64,000 nucleotides of DNA from an uncultured delta proteobacterium (GTDB lineage: Bacteria > Desulfobacterota > Syntrophorhabdia > Syntrophorhabdales > WCHB1-27). Made by a program: the position numbers and the translations under genes. Position 1 is the first letter of the stretch. Each line of letters begins with the position of its first letter. Positions 1-10,192 of this stretch are shown here, in pieces. The notes beneath the pieces are model-generated. The model ran no database searches. It was not told where the DNA came from and saw only the letters and a list, made by a program, of their open reading frames with translations. The DNA lies in NCBI GenBank assembly GCA_963717985.1, contig CAVQYC010000003.1:34314-98313 (forward strand), given 5' to 3'.

Positions 1-396
1 CTGCGTTCATACATCTGTCCGGTAAAGAGGTCGGTCATCTGCCATGACTTGCCCGTGAGTTCGTTCCAGGGCAGCCGCACCAGCCCCTGCGCACCCGAGT
101 CCGAGAGATTTCGTGACGATCAGGTCATGCTCCCCGGGGAGCCGGACGCTCTCAGCATTGCCATGCTCCAGACGGTCATAGAGCTTCTTATCGTAGCAGT
201 AGTCGAACCCCTGCTGCTGGAGTTCCCACTCGAGGTCCCAGTATGCCTCCGCGATGAAAAGGAAGTCCGGAAAGCTTTTCCTGACGGCGGGAATGACCTC
301 CTGCCAGTACTCGGTCGCGGGCCTGATGCCGGCGCGATTACCCCAGGTGCGTTCGAAGATAGAGTTCATGAGGAGCATGGCCATGTCACAGCGCAC
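1..396 (-). pseudogene. alpha-amylase-family (GH13-like) gene remnant: 5'-truncated, with an internal deletion and frameshift; runs off the window start
   Basis: ORF 7..396 holds only an internal block (..DGVRCDMAMLL..FIAEAYWDLEWELQQQGFDYCYDKKLYDRL..NAESVRL), with an in-frame TGA just upstream of it. After ESVRL the frame turns to nonsense. Another frame reads ..NLSDSGAQGLVRLPWNELTGKSWQMTDLFTGQMYER to the window edge, which looks like a typical C-terminal domain. The ~150 aa expected between the two blocks and the whole N-terminal half are absent. Confidence 0.6.
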
Positions 397-503
397 GCCA
401 TCAGTATCTCACGTACCCTAGGCACGGTGTCCTCGCAAGAGAAAGGCGTATAAGCCCGGGGCCGACAGCTTGTCATAGTTCTTAACCTCCACCGGGAACC
501 GTT

Positions 504-3230
<2,727 letters not shown>

Positions 3231-3323
3231 GGCTTTTCCTCCTTAGGCAATATGTTCGTTGCTACAAACTTCGGCAATTCATATGGACGGCAACCCGAAC
3301 CGGACTGCCGGTCCTGCTGATGT

Positions 3324-5699
3324 TTACTGCCGGGCCATCGCGATGCGGATGGCTTCCTCGGGCGAGACCAGATGATCTGCGTTCTCGGCGGCATCGGCTA
3401 TGGCGATCTCCACCCCCTTGACGCGACCGTTGAAGGCGTTGCCGCGCGGGCCGTAGTCTTCAGAGACAGGGGCGCCGGAGTCCTCGCCCACGTCGCAGCC
3501 GTCATCGGCGGAGAAGACCATGGCCAGGGTCATGGGGATGGCCCCTTCGCCGACCTTCTTGCCGTCGGTGTACAGGGTCACCTTGCCGCCCTTGCCCAGA
3601 CCGCCGCCGGCGTAGGCAAACTCCATACGCACCTGGTGCCCACCCGCGGGGATCGGGCTTTCGGCCTCGACGTAGAAGTGCTGCACGCCGCCCAGGTTGT
3701 AGCAATACTTGAGCTTGCCGCCCTTGGCGTAGAGGCTCCAACCGCCGATGTTCGCCCCCTGGGCGATGATCACGCCCTCGGCGCCGGAGGCCGGCACCTC
3801 GATCTCGGCGGTGACGGCGTGGGACTTGTTCTTGATGTTGACGACGCAGTTCTCCGACAGGCGCCCCATGCCGCCGAAGAGAAGTTGGGTCTTCCTCTTG
3901 ATCAGCGTCGGCCGGCCGGCGGTGTCCGGGTTCATGCGCTTCGCGAGATCATCATCGAGGGGCAACACATTGTACTTGACCGCCTCGATGAGCCAGAGGC
4001 GCTGCAGCTCGTGGAGCTTCTCCGGCATCTGCCTGGACAGGTCGTTCGCCTGGCTCCAGTCTTTTTCCGTGTCGTAGAGCTCCCAGACGTCGTCGTCGAA
4101 GGCGGGCGTCTTCTCGCCGATGAGCATCCAGGGCGTCTTGTGCCGCGTTACCGCGGTCCAGCCTTTGTGGTAGATGCCGCGGTTGCCGAACATCTCGAAG
4201 TACTGTGTCTCGTGCCGCTCGGGGGCCTTGGCGTCGTTGAAGGAGTAAAGCATGCTCACGCCCTCGATTGGCCGCTGCTGCACGCCGTTCACCATGATTG
4301 GCTCGGGGAGCCCCGCCACCTCGAGGACCGTGGGCGCTACGTCTATAACATGGTGGAACTGCCACCGCATCTCGCCCTTTGCCTTGATCCCCTTAGGCCA
4401 GTGCACGATGGTGCCGTTGCGCGTTCCGCCCCAGTGCGAGGCGACCTGCTTGGTCCACTGGTAGGGCGTGTCCATGGCGTGTGCCCAGCCAACGGCGTAG
4501 TGGTTGTAGGACTCCGGTCCGCCCAGCTTGTCGATCCGGGCATTGAGGAACTCCGGCGTCTCGACGGCGGCCATGCCGTTGAAGTTAAGCATCTCGTTGA
4601 ACGTGCCGTTGAGCGTACCCTCGGCCGAGGCGCCGTTGTCGCCGATGATGTAGTAGACGAGCGTGTCGTCGAGGATGCCGAGCTTCTCCAGGCCATCGAG
4701 CAGACGGCCCACGTGGTGGTCGGTGTACTCCATGAAGCCCGCGTAGACCTCCATCTGCCGGCGCAGCACGGGCTTGAGCGCCTCCGGCATGTCGTCCCAC
4801 GCGGGGATCTCCTTATGTCGCGCGGTGAGCCGGCAGTCCGCCGGGATCACGCCGAGCTTCTTCTGCCGGGCAAAGGTCTCGTCGCGGAGCCTGTCCCAGC
4901 CCTGGTCGAACTTGCCCTTGTACTTGTCGGCCCATTCCTTGGGCACATGGTGGGGCGCATGGGTTGCGCCGGGCGCAAAGTAAGCGAAGAAGGGTTTGTC
5001 GGGCGCCAGGGCCTTCTGCTGCGAGATCCAGGCCATGGCCTTGTCGGTCATGTCCTCCATGAAGTGGTAGCCCTCTTCGGGCGTCTTCTTCGGCTCTACC
5101 GGCGTGGTACCCTCGTAGAGCGTCGGGTACCACTGATTTGCCTCGCCGCCGAGGAAGCCGTAGAAGTACTCGAAGCCGCCGCCTCCCGTGGGCCAGGCAT
5201 CGAACGGTCCGACCGGGCTCGTCTCCCACACCGGCACCTCGTGGCACTTGCCGAACTGCGCCGTGGAGTAGCCGTTCAGTTTCAGCGTCCGCGCGAGCGG
5301 CGATATGGTGTTGGGCAGCACCGAACTGTAGCCCGGCGCGCCGGTGGCGATCTCGGTGATGCCGCCCATGCCGGCGGAATGGTGGTTGCGCCCGGTCAGA
5401 AGCGCCTGCCGCGTCGGCGAGCAAAGGGCGGTGGTGTGGAAGCGGTTGTACTTCAGGCCGCCTGCCGCCAGCTTCTCCGCGTTCGGCGTCCGGCAGGGGC
5501 CGCCGAAGGCACTGGACGAGCCGAACCCGGCGTCGTCGATGAGGATGAGCAGGACGTTGGGCGCGCCCGCGGGCGGCCGCAACTGCTCAATAGGCGGAAA
5601 CTTCGTGTCAGGATCCTTGGCGTCGTAGGTCGTCAGACCCACGCACGGTTGATCCGGGATAGGAAGAACTGCACGTGAAATATTGTCTTGTGTACTCAT
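3324..5699 (-). CDS. arylsulfatase (large AtsA-like, Cys-type)
   Basis: Contains LLILIDDAGFGSSSAFGG and the formylglycine motif C-S-P-T-R in HTTALCSPTRQALLTGRNHH. I moved the start to ATG 5699 (MSTQDN..), which is preceded by AAGGAGAAA. No signal peptide is obvious. Confidence 0.85.
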   Translation of the reverse strand: MSTQDNISRAVLPIPDQPCVGLTTYDAKDPDTKFPPIEQLRPPAGAPNVLLILIDDAGFGSSSAFGGPCRTPNAEKLAAGGLKYNRFHTTALCSPTRQALLTGRNHHSAGMGGITEIATGAPGYSSVLPNTISPLARTLKLNGYSTAQFGKCHEVPVWETSPVGPFDAWPTGGGGFEYFYGFLGGEANQWYPTLYEGTTPVEPKKTPEEGYHFMEDMTDKAMAWISQQKALAPDKPFFAYFAPGATHAPHHVPKEWADKYKGKFDQGWDRLRDETFARQKKLGVIPADCRLTARHKEIPAWDDMPEALKPVLRRQMEVYAGFMEYTDHHVGRLLDGLEKLGILDDTLVYYIIGDNGASAEGTLNGTFNEMLNFNGMAAVETPEFLNARIDKLGGPESYNHYAVGWAHAMDTPYQWTKQVASHWGGTRNGTIVHWPKGIKAKGEMRWQFHHVIDVAPTVLEVAGLPEPIMVNGVQQRPIEGVSMLYSFNDAKAPERHETQYFEMFGNRGIYHKGWTAVTRHKTPWMLIGEKTPAFDDDVWELYDTEKDWSQANDLSRQMPEKLHELQRLWLIEAVKYNVLPLDDDLAKRMNPDTAGRPTLIKRKTQLLFGGMGRLSENCVVNIKNKSHAVTAEIEVPASGAEGVIIAQGANIGGWSLYAKGGKLKYCYNLGGVQHFYVEAESPIPAGGHQVRMEFAYAGGGLGKGGKVTLYTDGKKVGEGAIPMTLAMVFSADDGCDVGEDSGAPVSEDYGPRGNAFNGRVKGVEIAIADAAENADHLVSPEEAIRIAMARQ

Positions 5700-5858
5700 A
5701 ATTGTTTCTCCTTTGTTAAGTGCGGGGGCTGCGCGATTACTATCCATACCCGTGAGATCCAAGCGAGCAAGCCTCGCGTACATGGCCCTTATGGACGGCC
5801 TTGCCCGATTGGGAGCCTCTTAGCTCCGCGAGGTTCGCGTCATAACTACTCTTACGGG

Positions 5859-6740
5859 CTAAAATTTATATGCGAATCCTATTACAGGACCCTGCATGGT
5901 AAGTTTTATATTACCACCTCCGCTGGGACTGTAGTCGATGTACAGATAGCGGTAGCCCGCCAGCAGCGTTGAATGCGGGGATATGTCATACCCTATCCCA
6001 CCCACGCCGTTCCAACTGATATGCGATGAATTGCTCGAAACTCCAAAGCCTGCCGCGTCTCCTCTCAGATTGACAAAGAAGTTTTTGGTGAAATAGGTTT
6101 GCATGCGGAGCCCTATCATCGGATCGATCACGTTGCCGTACAAGGTGTTGCTGAAGCTGTAGCCCCTTTGGGGAAGGCTAAGGTAAGTGTAGTCCTGCAA
6201 ATACCAGTACCTGCCGCCTGCCAGCACATCGAAGGACGCGGTCTTTTGCCCGTTGAGAGTGTAACTGACCTCTCCCAGCCGGTAAAATCCGCCGAATTCG
6301 GTTATCGATATCTGGATATCGGTACGGACGTCCGCTCCACGGACGGCTGGTCCGCCCCCGGTGAGGTCTATGGCGGCGGGTCTGCTTAAGCTTGCCGTTG
6401 GCGTAAGCTTCATGTAGTTTTCTTGAAAAAATATTCCCCAATTGTCTTTCCTGGCCTCGACCTGCACCTGGCCCCCGAAATCGAGGTTCTTCAAGATGTC
6501 GTCAAAGGGCACGGACGTGTGGACCGTACGGTTGTTCACCGTGACATCGCCTGATATGCCTGCGAGCCAGGCATAAGGAATGATGGTGAATTGCCATTTA
6601 TCGTCAGGCTTTTGTGCCGGAGGGCCAGGCGCCGCGGAAGAAGGTGCGATCGTCACCTGTGCGTATGAGGGCGCGGTCAATAAACCGGAAAACAGTACTG
6701 CGGCCATAACCACAACCAACCCCTTCTTCATGTATTTCAT
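5859..6740 (-). CDS. outer-membrane beta-barrel protein
   Basis: Signal peptide MKYMKKGLVVVMAAVLFSGLLTAPSYA/Q. Alternating aromatic/Gly-rich strands and a C-terminal ..GFAYKF with terminal Phe. RBS GAGGAGGAA. Confidence 0.6.
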   Translation of the reverse strand: MKYMKKGLVVVMAAVLFSGLLTAPSYAQVTIAPSSAAPGPPAQKPDDKWQFTIIPYAWLAGISGDVTVNNRTVHTSVPFDDILKNLDFGGQVQVEARKDNWGIFFQENYMKLTPTASLSRPAAIDLTGGGPAVRGADVRTDIQISITEFGGFYRLGEVSYTLNGQKTASFDVLAGGRYWYLQDYTYLSLPQRGYSFSNTLYGNVIDPMIGLRMQTYFTKNFFVNLRGDAAGFGVSSNSSHISWNGVGGIGYDISPHSTLLAGYRYLYIDYSPSGGGNIKLTMQGPVIGFAYKF

Positions 6741-6842
6741 GGCGTTCCTCCTCTCTTCGTACGAACGAATCCATTTTTGCTCTCACCGGACCCCCTGGTC
6801 CGAGCCAAGCCTTCTCCCGATGTCCCCATGTGGCCGGCTCTC

Positions 6843-7060
6843 CTATTTTGGCAAGAGTAGCGTCACTTGCACGCGGAGTACCAGTCGGGGCCAACGGACG
6901 GTCGTACCGCGTTGTAGTAGTACGCCACTGACCCATTGAAGGGCAGCCTGCCGATCTTGAAGATCTTCTCCAGGCATTTGCGTTGGAAGCCTCCCTTATC
7001 TTGATGTGTCCCTTTCTCAGAAGCTGTGAAATCATCGGTTTTCCTAAAATTGAGCCCCAA
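6843..7060 (-). pseudogene. C-terminal remnant of an outer-membrane transporter (MetA-pathway/phenol-degradation-like barrel)
   Basis: ORF 6863..7060 reads ..FKIGRLPFNGSVAYYYNAVRPSVGPDW. A 1-nt frame change then gives VLRVQVTLLLPK-stop (stop 6843-6845), a typical barrel C-terminus. Only ~75 codons exist and an in-frame stop lies directly upstream. Confidence 0.45.
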
Positions 7061-7254
7061 TAATTCCAGTATGTTACGGTACGTAAATATGCTAGTTTCG
7101 GGATTTTTTCACAGCTTCTCACCTCCGGTTGTCCCTTTCTCCGGTTGTTTGATTTGGGGGTCCGCCCCGCCTCAGCGCGTGGCAGCATCCCTTTCGGGTC
7201 GCACCAAGTGGAACGGGTGCGGCCCGGTGGACGGTTTCGGACTCAGGACTCCGA

Positions 7255-8865
7255 CTACTGTTGTTGTGCCTTCATGGCTTCCGCGATCTTCGCTTTCACG
7301 GCATCGAGGTTGAAGCTCGCACCCTTCTGCATCGGCGGATACTCGATGGCCGTAATGGCCAGCTTGCCCACTACCTGCTGGACGAGGACAAAGCGCCAGA
7401 ACTCGTACTTGAACCAATCGAAGTACTCCTGCGACCCACTGAGAGTCCCGTTTTCCGGCCAGCCCGTGCGCTCGAAGGGGTCCAGGCGGAGGTTGATGAG
7501 AATCGGCAGGTCGGGATGATCCTTGGTGCCCAGCCAGCCGCGGGGCTGCAAGATGAACTGATACTTGAAGTCATCGATCCGCACCGCGGCGAGGTTGCTT
7601 TCCGTGAAGTAGAGGACTTCATGGCGGGCAGACAGACCCTTGCCGGTGATCATGTCCAACTGGTTGTAGCTGTCGAGATAGTTCTTGTAAGTCCGGCCAC
7701 CGATCTGTTTACCCCTCGCCAGTTCCTCCTTGATGTTCGGGTTGCCGGCGGCGGCGACCAAGGTCGGGAACCAGTCGAGGCCGGAGATGATTCCGTTCTG
7801 CACCGAGTTCGCCGGCACATGGCCGGGCCAGCGAATCATAGCTGGCGCGCGGAAACCGCCTTCATAGCCCGTGCCCTTCCCTCCGAAGAACGGAGTTTGT
7901 CCGCCATCCGGCCAGGTGAAGTTCTCGGTGCCGTTGTCGGTGGTGAACATGACGATAGTGTTGTCGTCCACACCCATATTCTTGAGCTTCTGCATCACAG
8001 AGCCGACGATGTCGTCAACCTGGGCCATGCCGGCTTCGTGAATGGTCCAGCCGTTCTTCGAGTTGCGCATCGCTTCATATTTGGGGGAGAGGTGCGTGAC
8101 GATGTGCATGCGCGTCGGGTTGAGCCAGACGAAGAAGGGCTTGTTGTCCGCTTTGGCTTTGTCCATGAACTTGAGCGCGTAATCGAGGATTTCGTCGTCC
8201 ACTGTCTCCATCCGCTTGGGATAGAGCGTGCCGGCGTCCTCGATCTTCTGTGTGCCCACTTTGCCCCAGCGCGGCATCACGGTCGGGTCATCCTTATCCG
8301 TGGCCCAGGAATGAACCATGTTGCGTGGACCTACTATGTTCAACAATTCCTGCGGGTAGGCGGGGTGTGCGGGGTCCTCCATCGCGTCGAGGTGATAGAG
8401 GTAGCCGAAGAACTCGTCGAACCCGTGGGCGGTGGGCAGGAACTCATTGAGATCGCCAAGGTGGTTCTTACCGAACTGGCCCGTGGCGTAACCCATGGAC
8501 TTGAGCACGGTGGCAATCGTGCAAGCTTCTGCCGGTATGCCGAGTTTGGCGCCCGCCTGACCGACCGTGGTCATGCCGGTGCGGATCGGCAACTCGCCGG
8601 TGACGAAGGCAGCGCGACCTGCCGTACAACTCGCCTCCGCGTAATAATCGGTGAAGCGCATGCCCTCGGCCGCGAGCTTGTCTAGATTCGGCGTCCTCCC
8701 GGCCATCATGCCCTGGTGGTAAGCGCCGATGTTCCAGATGCCGATGTCATCGCCCATGATGACGACGATGTTCGGCTTCTGCTGGGCGAATGCCTGCCCT
8801 GCGGCCAGGGCCAGCACAGCAACCAATAAAATCAAAATGGCACAGGCGTTCGTGGTATTCCTCAT
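7255..8865 (-). CDS. secreted arylsulfatase (Cys-type, C-T-A-G-R)
   Basis: Signal peptide ..ACAILILLVAVLALAAGQAFA/QQ. Contains NIVVIMGDDIGIWN and the FGly motif in YAEASCTAGRAAFVTGELPIRTG. I chose the start at ATG 8865 (MRNTT), which lies 6 nt after AGGAGG. Confidence 0.85.
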   Translation of the reverse strand: MRNTTNACAILILLVAVLALAAGQAFAQQKPNIVVIMGDDIGIWNIGAYHQGMMAGRTPNLDKLAAEGMRFTDYYAEASCTAGRAAFVTGELPIRTGMTTVGQAGAKLGIPAEACTIATVLKSMGYATGQFGKNHLGDLNEFLPTAHGFDEFFGYLYHLDAMEDPAHPAYPQELLNIVGPRNMVHSWATDKDDPTVMPRWGKVGTQKIEDAGTLYPKRMETVDDEILDYALKFMDKAKADNKPFFVWLNPTRMHIVTHLSPKYEAMRNSKNGWTIHEAGMAQVDDIVGSVMQKLKNMGVDDNTIVMFTTDNGTENFTWPDGGQTPFFGGKGTGYEGGFRAPAMIRWPGHVPANSVQNGIISGLDWFPTLVAAAGNPNIKEELARGKQIGGRTYKNYLDSYNQLDMITGKGLSARHEVLYFTESNLAAVRIDDFKYQFILQPRGWLGTKDHPDLPILINLRLDPFERTGWPENGTLSGSQEYFDWFKYEFWRFVLVQQVVGKLAITAIEYPPMQKGASFNLDAVKAKIAEAMKAQQQ

Positions 8866-9021
8866 TTGTTTCCTCCTCTTCTCCATCTGAATCGTCCTCC
8901 TTTGGTGATCTGTGTCCGTGTTTCATGCCGCTAAGACCTGCTTTCAGATTATTCGTGAGCCCGGACCGATAGGTTGAGGCTGCTTCCACTTGCCACCGGC
9001 CGCTATAACGAGTATCTATCC

Positions 9022-10152
9022 CTATGACCTTGCTGCAAGGGGTAACATCAGGTTGACAACTGCGTAGCTTGTCAGGAACGCGGCGAAGGAAACCATATCA
9101 AAAAATACCCTCAGCCTCTCCTTACCCATCGTGTCCAGGATATACAGGGAGATAGCCGACTGGACCAGGGTAAGGAAAATAGTTACCAGGCCGATGCCAT
9201 TCACCATTCCGGCGAGCGTAACCCACTCTGCCTGAGGAAGGACCGACCCCACAAAAATGTTGTTCCCGACAGCGGCAAAGAACCCACCGACTCCCAACCC
9301 GAAGCGGGGCTCCACGTGGATCGGCCTGATGAAGAAGACAATAAGGGCAATGGCCACCGAAGCGAAGAGGGCCTGGAACATCAGGATAAACAAGCCCGAA
9401 CTGGGTGGGTAGACGAGCATGGCAAAGATGAACCGGGAGTGAACGTCCGCGGCGCCGGCTGACGAACGCGGGTTGCCCCGGCCGGACCTGTAGTTGTGCA
9501 GCTTGATTGCGACCAGCGATTTCGCGATCTTCAGGTTCTGCGGGACTCCCGAATGGCTGATGCCGCTCCCCCGCTCATCCGCGACATAGCGCAATCTCTC
9601 TACCCCCTGGACCCCGTCCTCCACCTGGATGGTCAACACCTCATCGCTGAAAGGAAAGCGGGAGGGGTCGAAGTATTTCGTGAGTCGCGCCTTCACGTGG
9701 TACCGTTCGTACCGCTCCCCGCCGCTCGCGTAAGCCTCTTCTTTCTCCCGAAGGTCGATCTGGCCGTTCACGACTTGGAAGGTTTCTCCCGGTCTGATCC
9801 CACCGCCGGTCCAACGGAGCCAGAGGTCGAAATCAGCCGTCCATTCGGATTCCTTGAGGGAAAAATCTCCGATACGGTTGATGTAGATGCCGACACGCAC
9901 TTCTACCGGCCTCGCTCCTGCCGGCAACGTGAGTTCAGGCACCGGTGCGCCCGGCTCTGTTGTGGCACTCTCAATAGATGCCTGCCGGAACTTTTCGGTC
10001 TCCGCCTTGTAGCCCTGAAGCTGCCGAACCCCTAGACATCCACCTATGGCGTACGTAAGGAGAATCCCTGCTGCCCAGAGCATTACAAATAGGTAGCCTC
10101 TGCGGGTGATCGCCTCCTTCACATCATTCTGATGGACATCTTCTTGCGTCAA
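9022..10152 (-). CDS. pentameric ligand-gated ion channel (Cys-loop/GLIC-ELIC)-like membrane protein
   Basis: N-terminal anchor, then a ~190-aa beta-rich domain: VEVRVGIYINRIGDFSLKESEWTADFDLWLRW..RFPFSDEVLTIQVED (compare pLGIC ..FPFD.Q.L.I..). This is followed by 4 predicted TM segments including ..FFIRPIHVEPRFGLGVGGFFAAVGNNIFVGSVLPQAEWVTLAGM (M1-M2-M3-like). The start is uncertain: TTG 10152 after AAGGAAG, or ATG 10083. Confidence 0.5.
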   Translation of the reverse strand: MTQEDVHQNDVKEAITRRGYLFVMLWAAGILLTYAIGGCLGVRQLQGYKAETEKFRQASIESATTEPGAPVPELTLPAGARPVEVRVGIYINRIGDFSLKESEWTADFDLWLRWTGGGIRPGETFQVVNGQIDLREKEEAYASGGERYERYHVKARLTKYFDPSRFPFSDEVLTIQVEDGVQGVERLRYVADERGSGISHSGVPQNLKIAKSLVAIKLHNYRSGRGNPRSSAGAADVHSRFIFAMLVYPPSSGLFILMFQALFASVAIALIVFFIRPIHVEPRFGLGVGGFFAAVGNNIFVGSVLPQAEWVTLAGMVNGIGLVTIFLTLVQSAISLYILDTMGKERLRVFFDMVSFAAFLTSYAVVNLMLPLAARS

Positions 10153-10192
10153 TATGCTCTTCCTTTCTATTTTGTCCGGCTTCGACAGATTT

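Noticed and set aside
3372-5678. 768-aa + strand ORF opposite the large sulfatase. Similar long antisense ORFs lie at 7261-8685, 10754-12466, 25565-26866, 33125-34198, 34779-35750, 53144-54136, 56237-57016 and 57682-58986.
   Set aside because: - These are shadow ORFs typical of GC-rich DNA, with Arg/Gly/Ala/Pro/His-rich low-complexity translations.
- They have no RBS.
- Each lies opposite a gene with unambiguous family motifs.
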